Shown: piece by piece, positions 31,210 through 40,822 of the stretch
How the letters are laid out: every line of letters starts with the position of its first letter
How positions within the stretch are numbered: position 1 is the first letter of the stretch
Source: Bacteroidia bacterium
GTDB lineage: Bacteria > Bacteroidota > Bacteroidia > NS11-12g > UBA955
Direction of reading: 5' to 3'
NCBI GenBank assembly: GCA_041690035.1
Contig: JBDNFC010000016.1
Location: forward strand, 10,495-74,494
DNA: 64,000 nt
Made by a program: the position numbers and the translations under genes
The notes under the pieces: model-generated
The model's database searches: none
Seen by the model: only the letters and a program-made list of their open reading frames with translations
Told to the model about the DNA's origin: nothing

Positions 31210-31611
31210 GTGATTGAAATGAAAAAATTAATACCTTACTTATTAGCTATGCCATTTGCAGCATTATTTATACCTTCATGCACCAAAAATGAAGAGCCTC
31301 CAAAAACACCAGATCCAATTATTGTGCCTATAGATTCTAGTATAAAATGCAATACTATTACTTTTGACGCACACATTAACCGTATTTTTGTTACAAATTG
31401 TGGAAATTGTCACATGGGAGTAAATAATAATGGGGGCATAAATTTTGAAGGCTACGCTAAATTAAAGGCAGCCGTTGAAACTGGAAAAGTATGGGGTGCT
31501 ATTAATCATTCTACAGGTTTTAAAGCGATGCCTCCAGGAGGCAATAAAATCAACAAATTGCAGCTAGACAGCATAAATTGCTGGAGAGGTAATGGATACA
31601 AGCAAAACTAG
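31210..31611 (+). CDS. Monoheme class-I c-type cytochrome lipoprotein
   Basis: Lipobox FIPSC; CGNCH (CxxCH) heme motif; distal GFKAMPPGG (Met ligand context). Confidence 0.55.
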   Translation: MIEMKKLIPYLLAMPFAALFIPSCTKNEEPPKTPDPIIVPIDSSIKCNTITFDAHINRIFVTNCGNCHMGVNNNGGINFEGYAKLKAAVETGKVWGAINHSTGFKAMPPGGNKINKLQLDSINCWRGNGYKQN

Positions 31612-31618
31612 TTTGCGA

Positions 31619-32899
31619 TTACATAAATGTATTTTTAATCCATAAATCATATATATGTTGGGTAATAAACATTGCCAAACTATACAATATTATTATCACC
31701 CCAAAAATAGTTTTTAAGACAGCTTTGTTTTTTAAATTATCCTTAAACTCTAACCAGAAATAATGTACTATTGTGCCCATAATGAGCGCAAAGAATAAGC
31801 CAGATTGGCGCATAGTAAAAACATGCACAAAAGCATGCTGAGCCATAACTGCATACCAAACAAAACTGGCAAAGAGCATGATAATGGCATAAAATTTTAA
31901 ATAGAAACTTGAGTGTTTTTTTAATCTTTCAAATGCATAAATAATCATAGACAACAGCGCAAATCCAGGTATAGGAAAAAATCTTTCTACCCTATTTATC
32001 CAAACAAACGGCATGCTCAAATATTCGGTAACTCCAAATGGAGCCTCAAGTTTAGTCATCGGGCCAGAGGTTTCAATTCCAGCGGTGCGCAATTTTGCAG
32101 TTTCTGTGAGGTCTTTTATAGCCTCTGCTAGGCTGCCAAAATATGCTACATTCTGCCATAAATGTAAGAATACCCCAAGAACTGCAGCCAAACCAATCCA
32201 CAAATTTAATTCTGTAAAAATCTTTCTCTTCACATAGATGCTATAAAAAATACAGATTATGGCTATGTATAAAATCGGTTCAAAAGAAATATTAGAAACT
32301 ATAATTGTTATAAAAAATAAGGGAATCAACCATTTATTTGTTTTTGTTAATTGATACTTGATTAAGCAAATTAAAAATCCACATTTAAACAACTCCTCAT
32401 ATACATGCTTGTGCAAACTGTCCGACCATCCAAGGTAATAGTTAGATATAATAATCAAGAACCAACTCATCCATACAATTTTTTCATTTTTAATAATAAG
32501 ATGAAGCAATTTTTGTAAGAGTATTGCATATATTAAACTTATAAATATCATTGCAAATCGCAGCAATATTTCTTTTTTACTGTTTAAAATCTTGCTATAA
32601 CCATAGGCAAATAAATCTGGCAAGGCAGGGTAGTGGGTGTATGCAGTTAGTTTAAAAGTGCTATCTTTTACAGGTACTTTGTAATAATGCATTGGTAATC
32701 CATATGTTTTTTTTATACCACTGTCGGTAAAATATAGCACTGCAGAATATAAATTAATGTCACTATAAGCATCGCCACGCATAAAATTTCTGCGTTCCGA
32801 ATGCTCAAACATACTAATGTTAATAGCCCGATAGCCAATAAAAAACAATGCAAAAAGTAAAACCAACCAATATTTTATTTTTTTAAACTCGCTCATCAA
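31619..32899 (-). CDS. Polytopic membrane protein, hypothetical (possible lipid-carrier-dependent glycosyltransferase / polymerase-like)
   Basis: 426 aa, >=10 hydrophobic segments; overlaps GT9 gene by 17 bp. Confidence 0.4.
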   Translation of the reverse strand: MMSEFKKIKYWLVLLFALFFIGYRAINISMFEHSERRNFMRGDAYSDINLYSAVLYFTDSGIKKTYGLPMHYYKVPVKDSTFKLTAYTHYPALPDLFAYGYSKILNSKKEILLRFAMIFISLIYAILLQKLLHLIIKNEKIVWMSWFLIIISNYYLGWSDSLHKHVYEELFKCGFLICLIKYQLTKTNKWLIPLFFITIIVSNISFEPILYIAIICIFYSIYVKRKIFTELNLWIGLAAVLGVFLHLWQNVAYFGSLAEAIKDLTETAKLRTAGIETSGPMTKLEAPFGVTEYLSMPFVWINRVERFFPIPGFALLSMIIYAFERLKKHSSFYLKFYAIIMLFASFVWYAVMAQHAFVHVFTMRQSGLFFALIMGTIVHYFWLEFKDNLKNKAVLKTIFGVIIILYSLAMFITQHIYDLWIKNTFM

Positions 32900-34025
32900 T
32901 TAGTGTTTTTACGGCCGCTATAATTTCGTTTGTTTTAATATTTTTTATGCAGAAATTATTGCCTTTACAAGGCAATTCTTTTGTGTGGTGCACACAAGGA
33001 GAACAATGTACCTTATGGTTTATTTCTTTATAATTCTTGCTTTCTATAAGCCATTTTGGTGCAAGCGATTGAGATTGTGTTGGTCCCCAAATTGCTACTA
33101 AGGGTATTGCCAATCTAGCAGCAATGTGTAATGGTGCAGAATCTATGCTTACAATTGCTATTGCAGAATCTACTTGCATTTGCAATAATTTTTCAAAACT
33201 ATATTTGCCTGCCCAATTTTCTATTCTATCTTTTTTTATCACCTGTGCAATTGTGTTTTCATTATCTGCCGCATCGCTAGGAGAGCCTATTAGCGCTATA
33301 TTATAATTTGTTTGCTTAATTAAAGTGTTAATAAGCTCTTCCAATTGTGATTGATCTAGTTTTCTTTGCAGACTAAGGCTGCTGCATGAATTATTAATTA
33401 TTATAATATTTTTACTAATATTTTTAGAGACAAAAGGTAATTGATATCTATCTATAATTTTAGCATTAGCTTTTAAACTCATTTCATTATAATTTTCCTC
33501 TGTTGGGATAAAATGATTAAAATAAATATTATGTGTATTTAAATAATTTCTAAAGTTTACTTTTTCAAATTCAAATCCAAAACGGTTTTTGCTAAAGGTG
33601 TAAAGGGAAAAAATAGTAGTAAGCCTAGAATAAACCTCAAAGTCAAAACACCAAGAATTAATGCTTCGCAAACAATAATAACTTGTTTTTATGCTGCTTT
33701 TAAACATAGAAAAAAAATTATTGTCATCAATTATCAAAATGTTGTCAAATAGTTTCATCAATTTAGCACCTTCTGCTAGTCCACTGCCACAAATAAGTGT
33801 TATTTTAGCTAGTGGATATTTATTTTTTAATGCAAGTATTGCATCAGCGCCAAGAATTAAACTGCCAAAGCCTAAAAGCTTGATAATGAAAATTTCTTTT
33901 GGTGGATTTGCTAATTCATGGTTTATCCGCAATAATTTTCCTAATATTTTCACAATTGGCAGGTGCAAGGCCACAAGAAATTTACCCAATAAATTGTCTA
34001 TTTTTTGTTTGGTACGAATTTTCAA
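32883..34025 (-). CDS. Glycosyltransferase family 9 (LPS heptosyltransferase-like)
   Basis: KEIFIIKLLGFGSLILG...ISIDSAPLHIAARLAIPLVAIWGPT ... C-terminal Cys/His cluster. Confidence 0.7.
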   Translation of the reverse strand: MKIRTKQKIDNLLGKFLVALHLPIVKILGKLLRINHELANPPKEIFIIKLLGFGSLILGADAILALKNKYPLAKITLICGSGLAEGAKLMKLFDNILIIDDNNFFSMFKSSIKTSYYCLRSINSWCFDFEVYSRLTTIFSLYTFSKNRFGFEFEKVNFRNYLNTHNIYFNHFIPTEENYNEMSLKANAKIIDRYQLPFVSKNISKNIIIINNSCSSLSLQRKLDQSQLEELINTLIKQTNYNIALIGSPSDAADNENTIAQVIKKDRIENWAGKYSFEKLLQMQVDSAIAIVSIDSAPLHIAARLAIPLVAIWGPTQSQSLAPKWLIESKNYKEINHKVHCSPCVHHTKELPCKGNNFCIKNIKTNEIIAAVKTLIDERV

Positions 34026-34147
34026 AATTAAATCAGAAATTAATGTTCAAATATCTTTCAATTTTATAACTTATCATAAAAAACATTAAATTTGCATCTT
34101 TAAAATAATTAACCCTGAGTATTCTATCTAAACCTTAAGAATCAAAA

Positions 34148-34567
34148 ATGATAAAAAAACACCTCCCATCTTTATTTTTATTTTCTTTTTTACTGTCAAT
34201 TGGTGTGGCTTTAGCATGGAATAATTCAACTTCAAAAAGTGCCCAACAAAACAAGAATGCTAAAACAAAAAATAATGACAGTGCCAAAAATCAATTTATT
34301 ATGCCAGCATTTCAAGAAAGGGTTGCTGACCCCAATATGCCTAAAGGTTTAACAGCACAACAATACCAACAATATTTGCAAGAAAAAGCAATGTACGAAA
34401 CTCAAGAGGCTGAATATAACAGACAAAAAGCAGCGTATGAAAAACAAATGAGAGAGAGCGGTGCACCAACAAGTGTCAAGGCTGCAATAAAAACTAGAAT
34501 ACAACAATTGGAGGAGGAGTTTTTAGCCAAAAGAAAACAAGACAGCATTACAAATTTAAATAAATAG
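34148..34567 (+). CDS. Secreted coiled-coil hypothetical protein
   Basis: signal peptide; Gln/Lys/Glu-rich. Confidence 0.4.
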   Translation: MIKKHLPSLFLFSFLLSIGVALAWNNSTSKSAQQNKNAKTKNNDSAKNQFIMPAFQERVADPNMPKGLTAQQYQQYLQEKAMYETQEAEYNRQKAAYEKQMRESGAPTSVKAAIKTRIQQLEEEFLAKRKQDSITNLNK

Positions 34568-34569
34568 TA

Positions 34570-35223
34570 GTGGATTATTTAATAAATAATGATTGGGATG
34601 AGCATATTGCTCCATTATTTAGGTTAGAAGAGTTTAAAAAAATTGAAAAATTTTTGGTAAAAGAAAAATCTATCTTACCGCCAAAGCACCTTATTTTTAA
34701 CGCTTTTAGACAATGCCCATTTTTAGGTTTAAAAATTGTTGTTATTGGCCAAGATCCCTATCATGGTTTGGAGCAAGCGAATGGCTTAGCATTTTCTGTC
34801 AATAATTTAGCGTCTATTCCACCATCATTGCGCAATATTTTTAAAGAGATAAAAAGTGATTATCCAAATTTTAATGCACTAAATGGCGATTTGACATACC
34901 TTGCAAACCAGGGAGTATTGTTGCTTAATTCTTTATTAACTGTATCTCAAGGCTTGCCTGGTTCGCATCAGAAAGCAGGATGGCAATGGTTTACAACTTA
35001 TATAATAGCTTTGATTAGCGCATTAAAAACCAATGTGGTATTTATGTTGTGGGGCAAATATGCACAAACTTTTATACAATTTATTGATAAAGAAAAGCAT
35101 TTAGTGCTTACTGCAGCGCACCCTTCACCATTATCATATCACAGAGGTTTTAAAGGTTGCAGCCATTTTAAAAAAGCCAATGCCTATTTAGTTGAACATT
35201 CTATAAAACCTGTGGAGTGGTAG
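34570..35223 (+). CDS. ung: Uracil-DNA glycosylase
   Basis: KIVVIGQDPYHG...GVLLLN...HPSPLS motifs. Confidence 0.9.
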   Translation: MDYLINNDWDEHIAPLFRLEEFKKIEKFLVKEKSILPPKHLIFNAFRQCPFLGLKIVVIGQDPYHGLEQANGLAFSVNNLASIPPSLRNIFKEIKSDYPNFNALNGDLTYLANQGVLLLNSLLTVSQGLPGSHQKAGWQWFTTYIIALISALKTNVVFMLWGKYAQTFIQFIDKEKHLVLTAAHPSPLSYHRGFKGCSHFKKANAYLVEHSIKPVEW

Positions 35224-35242
35224 TGGTAATTATATTTTAATT

Positions 35243-35929
35243 TTGAACACAATTATGGCAAATCATATTTCTCTTCAAGATGTTAATATTTATCACGGAA
35301 CCAATATGGTGTTGCACAATATCAATTTGACAGTGCATCCTGGAGAGTTTATTTATTTGATAGGAAAAACTGGAAGTGGGAAGTCTAGTTTATTGAAAAC
35401 GCTTTATGGCGAACTGCTGCTTAAAGAAGGTGAAGGCGAAATTGCAGGGTATAATTTGTCCAAGTTAAAAAGAAGTCAAATTCCTTATTTAAGGAGAAAA
35501 TTAGGCATAATTTTTCAAGATTTTCAGCTGTTGCCAGATCGTTCTGTTTTTAAAAATCTAGAATTTGTGATGAAGGCAACTGGATGGAAAAATAAGAACG
35601 AGATTAGAAGTAGAGCCCTAGATGTTCTTAATATGGTAGGATTAGCCTCCAAAGATTTTAAAAAACCTTATGAACTTTCAGGTGGTGAGCAACAAAGATT
35701 GGTTATTGCTCGTGCTATATTAAATCAGCCAAGCGTTATATTGGCAGACGAGCCTACAGGTAATTTAGACCCCGAAGTGGCAGATGGTATTTATAAATTA
35801 TTGAAAGACATTACTTCACAAGGTACAGCTGTGCTTATGGCAACGCACGATTATAGAATGTTAGAAAAATACCCTTCTCGTATTTTAAAAATAGAAAAAA
35901 ATACCTTAGTAGATCTTTCTGTAGCTTAG
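35243..35929 (+). CDS. ftsE: Cell-division ABC transporter ATP-binding protein
   Basis: GKTGSGKSSLL Walker A, LSGGEQQRLVIARA signature, ILADEPTGNLD Walker B; likely start Met 35258. Confidence 0.85.
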   Translation: MNTIMANHISLQDVNIYHGTNMVLHNINLTVHPGEFIYLIGKTGSGKSSLLKTLYGELLLKEGEGEIAGYNLSKLKRSQIPYLRRKLGIIFQDFQLLPDRSVFKNLEFVMKATGWKNKNEIRSRALDVLNMVGLASKDFKKPYELSGGEQQRLVIARAILNQPSVILADEPTGNLDPEVADGIYKLLKDITSQGTAVLMATHDYRMLEKYPSRILKIEKNTLVDLSVA

Positions 35930-35946
35930 CTTTTATATACTCTTAT

Positions 35947-37740
35947 TTACATTTTTTCAGGCATTTCTATGCCCAAAATATGCATGCTTGTTTGCAACAA
36001 TGTGGCTGTGTAATGTATAAGAGTTATGCGGTTTTGCTTTATTTTAGTATCATTTTCTTTTAGAAATGAAACTTCGGCATATAACTTATTAAAAATTTTG
36101 GCTAGTGAATAAGCATAGTTTGCTACCAAAGACGGACTATATTGGTTTACTGCTTTTTGTATAATATTTGAAAAATGAGCAATGTGTTTTATTAGCTCAA
36201 GTTCTGTGGTTTGTAAAGCAATTGTGGTGTCAAAATATTCTATTTTACCATTATATTGTCTTAAAATAGATTTTATTCTTGCATAACTGTATTGAATAAA
36301 TGGCCCCGTATCTCCTTGTAAATCAATGGATTCTTCTGGGTTGAATAACATTCTTTTTGTAGCATCAACTTTTAAAATATAATATTTTAATGCTGCCATG
36401 CCAATTTTATAATGCAATGATTCACGTTCAGCATCTGTCATGCCATCAGTTTTTCCCAACGCATCTGTTTTTTGCTTCGCAGCTTCTATTAATTCTGCCA
36501 TGAGTTCATCTGCATCTACCACAGTTCCTTCTCTGCTTTTCATTTTTCCACTTGGCAAATCCACCATGCCATAGGATAAATGATAGCAACCTTTGGCATA
36601 TGGGCGCTCTAGTTTTTCTAAAATTTTAAATAAAACTTTAAAATGATAGTCTTGCTCATTACCAACCACTATGATAGATTTATCAGCTCCAAACTCTTGA
36701 TATTTTAAGTCGGCTGTTCCCAAATCTTGTGTAATATAGACTGATGTGCCATCGCTGCGTTGCACTAATTTTTGGTCTAGTTTATCAGCCGTTAGGTCTA
36801 TCCATATCGATTTGTCTGGTTTTTTATAAAAAATATTTTTATTCAATCCTTCTTCCACCATTTTTTTGCCTAGCAAATAAGTGTTTGATTCATAATAATA
36901 TTTATCAAAACTTACCCCTAATTTTTCATAAGTGGCTTTAAATCCATCATAAACCCAATCGTTTAATTTATTCCACAGAGCAATTGTATCTTTATCAGAT
37001 TCTTCCCATTTCTGAAGCATAATTTGAGCAGCAAGGATACTTGGGGCATTTTTTTTGGCATCTTCTTCTTTGGCTCCCTTTTGTATTAATTCTCTTACTT
37101 CTTCTTGGTATATTTCATTAAATTTTACATAAAAATTACCCACAAAATGGTCTCCTTTTATACCTGTTGAGTCCGGTGTGGCTTCATTTCCAAATATTTT
37201 ATACGCATACATGCTTTTGCATATATGAATTCCTCTGTCATTAATTAAATTAACTTTAACATTATCATAGCCATAATAGGTCAAAAGTTTATGCAAACTA
37301 TAGCCTAACAGTATATTGCGGATATGGCCAAGGTGTATCGGTTTATTTGTGTTGGGTGAGGAATATTCTATAATGATTTTTTCTTTTGGCTTTTTTGATG
37401 CTTGACCATAATTTTCTATCCTAATTTGGTTTAAATAATTAAGCCAAAAATCTGTTTTTAACGTTAAATTTAAAAAACCTTTTACTACATTAAAGTCTGC
37501 TATAGATTCACTTTGTTGTAAAATTTGTTGTGCAATTACCTTTGCAGTATCTTCGGGGCTTACTTTACTAATCTTTACAAAAGGAAATATAAGGAGGGTA
37601 AAATCTCCTTTGAAGTCAGAATTTGTAGGCTCTAGTTTCACCATTTCTTCATCTATATCTTGCGCATATAAGGTCTTTATAGCTTTTATAACGGCCAAAG
37701 TAATTAATGTTTCAGGATTCATGTTTTTTGATATTTGCAA
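35947..37740 (-). CDS. argS: Arginine--tRNA ligase
   Basis: SSPNTNKPIHLGHIRN (HIGH), KMKSREG (KMSKS-type); 597 aa. Confidence 0.9.
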   Translation of the reverse strand: MQISKNMNPETLITLAVIKAIKTLYAQDIDEEMVKLEPTNSDFKGDFTLLIFPFVKISKVSPEDTAKVIAQQILQQSESIADFNVVKGFLNLTLKTDFWLNYLNQIRIENYGQASKKPKEKIIIEYSSPNTNKPIHLGHIRNILLGYSLHKLLTYYGYDNVKVNLINDRGIHICKSMYAYKIFGNEATPDSTGIKGDHFVGNFYVKFNEIYQEEVRELIQKGAKEEDAKKNAPSILAAQIMLQKWEESDKDTIALWNKLNDWVYDGFKATYEKLGVSFDKYYYESNTYLLGKKMVEEGLNKNIFYKKPDKSIWIDLTADKLDQKLVQRSDGTSVYITQDLGTADLKYQEFGADKSIIVVGNEQDYHFKVLFKILEKLERPYAKGCYHLSYGMVDLPSGKMKSREGTVVDADELMAELIEAAKQKTDALGKTDGMTDAERESLHYKIGMAALKYYILKVDATKRMLFNPEESIDLQGDTGPFIQYSYARIKSILRQYNGKIEYFDTTIALQTTELELIKHIAHFSNIIQKAVNQYSPSLVANYAYSLAKIFNKLYAEVSFLKENDTKIKQNRITLIHYTATLLQTSMHILGIEMPEKM

Positions 37741-37844
37741 AAGTAAGCAAATATGTGGGCTTGATAAAATTCAATTAAAATTGTATTATTTTACTGCTTT
37801 TAAAGTGTAAATATAAAAAAAAAGCGTTTTTTTGCGCTGTTAAA

Positions 37845-38753
37845 ATGAAAATAAGTGGTTTTACAATGGCGCGAAATGCGCAGAAATATTACTTTCCTAT
37901 TCAAGAGTCTGTGCGTTCTATTTTGCCAATATGTGATGAAGTGATAGTGGCACTTGATGATGGAGAAGACCAAACACGCAGTTTGATTGAAAATATTGGA
38001 GATAATAAAATAAAAATTTTTGATCGGGTATGGAATCAAGAAGATTATGTGGACGGTAGAATACTCGCTACAGAAACTAATTTTGCCCTCTCTCAATGCT
38101 CTGGCGATTGGTGTTTTTATATTCAGGCAGATGAAGTTGTGCACGAGAATGATTTGCAAAAGATCAAAGCTGCCTGTCAAAAATATTTATTAGATGATGA
38201 GGTAGATGGATTATTGTTTAAATATAAACACTTTTTTGGCGATTATGATCATTATTTACCAGTTCACGGATGGTATAAAAATGAAATTAGGATTATAAAA
38301 AATAAACGCAATATATGTTCAATAAAAGATGCTCAATCTTTTAGGATTAATGGCCTTGAAAAATTGAATGTAGTAGAAATTGATGCCCATATTTATCATT
38401 ATGGCTGGGTTAGACCCCCATATTTGATGCAAGCTAAGAAAAAAGAGCACGATGGTTTTCATCATAATAAAAATGCAGTATCAAATATGTATAAACAAAG
38501 AGGAGATGATTTTCAATATGGACCATTGGGCAATTTACCCATTTATACCGCATCTCATCCCGCTGTAATGGCTGAAATGATTGCTAATATTTTTTGGAAA
38601 AGTACGTTGGATTATGGTAAAAAATTAAAACTAAATCGCCCATTGATGAAGCATGAACAATTAAAAAATAAAATTATAACATTCTTTGAAAACACTTTTA
38701 ATGCTGGAAAAGATTTTTTTGGATATACAAATTGGATAAAATTGAAGCGTTAG
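37845..38753 (+). CDS. Glycosyltransferase family 2-like protein
   Basis: MKISGFTMARN...VIVALDDGEDQT...YIQADEV; 302 aa. Confidence 0.5.
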   Translation: MKISGFTMARNAQKYYFPIQESVRSILPICDEVIVALDDGEDQTRSLIENIGDNKIKIFDRVWNQEDYVDGRILATETNFALSQCSGDWCFYIQADEVVHENDLQKIKAACQKYLLDDEVDGLLFKYKHFFGDYDHYLPVHGWYKNEIRIIKNKRNICSIKDAQSFRINGLEKLNVVEIDAHIYHYGWVRPPYLMQAKKKEHDGFHHNKNAVSNMYKQRGDDFQYGPLGNLPIYTASHPAVMAEMIANIFWKSTLDYGKKLKLNRPLMKHEQLKNKIITFFENTFNAGKDFFGYTNWIKLKR

Positions 38754-38775
38754 AATTGATTTGATTTTTAATTAC

Positions 38776-39102
38776 CTAGAAACACTCTGGTGCAATTCTT
38801 ATTTTAAGGCCATCTAATTGTGCATTCACTTGAATTTGACAGCTCAATCTACTATTTGCTTCTACAAAATATGCTTCATCTAGCATGGCTTCTTCATCCT
38901 CTGTTTTTAATGCCAAATTATGCGCGCTTTCTACATATATTTGGCATGTAGCACATAGTGCCATGCCTCCGCAAGTTGCCTTTATTGGCAATTCATATAA
39001 TTTAATTACCTCCATTAGGTTTAGTCCCATATCAATAGGTGCTATTAATTGATGCGTTTTACCAATTCTATCTATTAATGTAATATTTATATCTGTTTTC
39101 AT
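38776..39102 (-). CDS. 2Fe-2S ferredoxin (adrenodoxin type)
   Basis: CGGMALCATCQ ... SRLSCQ Cys ligands. Confidence 0.8.
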   Translation of the reverse strand: MKTDINITLIDRIGKTHQLIAPIDMGLNLMEVIKLYELPIKATCGGMALCATCQIYVESAHNLALKTEDEEAMLDEAYFVEANSRLSCQIQVNAQLDGLKIRIAPECF

Positions 39103-39107
39103 AGCAG

Positions 39108-40121
39108 TTAAAATCCAATTACACCATTTACTGTGGTATATTTTAAAACTAAATTTCTGTCTGGGTAAATGCGTTTAAAAGCAGCTTGAACCATAATAGT
39201 AGCTTCATGAAAGCCACATAAAATTAGTTTTAATTTTCCTGGATAAGTATTCACATCGCCAATTGCAAAGATGCCATCAATATTTGTGCTGTAATCTACT
39301 GTGTCTACCAAAATGCTGTCTTTTTGTAAAGTTAACCCCCAATCTGCTATCGGGCCTAAGGTGGGCATTAAGCCAAATAAGGGTAAAAAATAATCAGTTT
39401 CAATGCACTTATCTGCCTGATCTTGTATAGCGATATTCAAGCTGTTTAGCTCATTTTTGCCATTTAATTGGTTTACTTCTGCATTGAGAATAAGATTAAT
39501 TTTATTTTGTGAGGCCATTTTTATTATTTTTTCTGCAGAATCTAGGGCACCTCTAAAAGTTGTTCTTCTATGCACAAGGGTTATTTCTGATGCTATTTCT
39601 GCCAAAATGATAGCCCAATCAAGGGCAGAGTCGCCACCACCACTTATTACAATCTTCTTGTTTCTATATTTTTCTGGCTCTTTGATTATATAATCAACAC
39701 CATTTTGTTCGTATTTTTCTAAATTGGCAATAGGTGGTTTACGGGGAGTAAAGACACCCAATCCACCAGCTATAGCAATATTGGGTGCAATGTGTTTTGT
39801 GCCCTTATCTGTTGTAACACACCATAAATTATCTTCTATTTTTGAAAGTGATATTGCACTTTCTCCAAGCGTAAAGCCTGGTTTAAAAGGGGCAATTTGT
39901 TCCATTAGTTTATCTACCAAATCGCCAGCCAATATTTGTGGGTATCCAGGAATATCATAAATAGGTTTTTTTGGGTATATTTCTGCCAACTGTCCACCAG
40001 GAATAGGCAATGAATCTATTAAGTGACATCTAAGTTTTATCAACCCAGCCTCAAAAACAGTGAAAAGACCAACCGGTCCCGCACCAATTATAATAATATC
40101 TGAATTGATGTCTTGACTCAT
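39108..40121 (-). CDS. Ferredoxin--NADP reductase, thioredoxin-reductase type
   Basis: IIIIGAGPVGLF (FAD), ISGGGDSALDWA (NADPH); 337 aa. Confidence 0.8.
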   Translation of the reverse strand: MSQDINSDIIIIGAGPVGLFTVFEAGLIKLRCHLIDSLPIPGGQLAEIYPKKPIYDIPGYPQILAGDLVDKLMEQIAPFKPGFTLGESAISLSKIEDNLWCVTTDKGTKHIAPNIAIAGGLGVFTPRKPPIANLEKYEQNGVDYIIKEPEKYRNKKIVISGGGDSALDWAIILAEIASEITLVHRRTTFRGALDSAEKIIKMASQNKINLILNAEVNQLNGKNELNSLNIAIQDQADKCIETDYFLPLFGLMPTLGPIADWGLTLQKDSILVDTVDYSTNIDGIFAIGDVNTYPGKLKLILCGFHEATIMVQAAFKRIYPDRNLVLKYTTVNGVIGF

Positions 40122-40397
40122 TTATATATTTAAAATTAAGGTTTGCAAAAGTAAGAAATTTGATTTGAAAATGCAATTTACAATTGTGGTGATTTTTGAT
40201 TATAAACGAGTGCTTCATTTTTTGGTTTATACCTTTAATTTTACGCATATTTCGATAGATTATTTTCATAAATTAAAAATAAATATAAGCGATAAAGCAG
40301 TTGGGTTATATATTTTTAACTTTACTTTTAAAGACAAAAGCAAAAATCTATTACGTTTATAAGGCATTAGCTTTACTCTTGTTTCGATACTTTTTTT

Positions 40398-40539
40398 TAG
40401 CGAAAAGTCATTCTGAGTGTTGCGCCCTAGCGCAATGTATCGAAGAAGACTTAAGCGGTGAAAATTCCAATTTACTTTGGTTTCGATACATTTTTATTTA
40501 GCTCATCGCTCATAAAAACACTCAACCTGACGTAAAAGG
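40398..40539. repeat. Copy 1 of about 145-bp structured direct repeat (MITE-like, imperfect terminal inverted repeats)
   Basis: tagcgaaaagtcattctgagtgtt...aacactcaacctgacgtaaaagg; about 92% identical to copy 2. Confidence 0.7.
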
Positions 40540-40577
40540 TGGTTTTATGTAAGGTGCTGCCTAATTTAAAGCACTGG

Positions 40578-40604
40578 TAGCGAAAAGCCTACCCTGACGT
40601 AAAG
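40578..40604. repeat. Ends-only mini copy (5' terminus fused to 3' terminus of the repeat)
   Basis: tagcgaaaag|cctaccctgacgtaaag. Confidence 0.45.
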
Positions 40605-40611
40605 CACTGCC

Positions 40612-40757
40612 TAGCGAAAAGTCATTTTGAGTGTTGCGCCCTAGCGCAATGTATCGAAGAAGGCTTGAGCGGTGAAAATTCCAATTGCTTTACTCTGGTT
40701 TCGATACATTTTTATTTCGCTTATCGCTTATAAAAACACTCAACCTGACGTAAAAGG
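40612..40757. repeat. Copy 2 of the same repeat
   Basis: tagcgaaaagtcattttgagtgtt...aacactcaacctgacgtaaaagg; 4-bp indel and about 10 substitutions vs copy 1. Confidence 0.7.
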
Positions 40758-40764
40758 TTGCCCA

Positions 40765-40787
40765 GCGAAAAGTTATTCTGAGTGTTT
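40765..40787. repeat. Solo 5' terminus of the repeat
   Basis: agcgaaaagttattctgagtgtt. Confidence 0.45.
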
Positions 40788-40822
40788 AGTTTTTTTTTAA
40801 TTATTTATTAAAAACGGTTTAA

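Noticed and set aside
40051-40501. Short ORFs 40051-40269(-), 40165-40362(+), 40301-40501(+)
   Set aside because: They lie in promoter/repeat DNA, are low-complexity (poly-Phe/Ile/Lys), and are partly generated by the repeat itself.
40398-40757. Possible CRISPR array
   Set aside because: Repeat unit is about 145 bp (far longer than CRISPR repeats). Only two full copies are present. The spacer itself is repeat-derived. No cas genes in the window.
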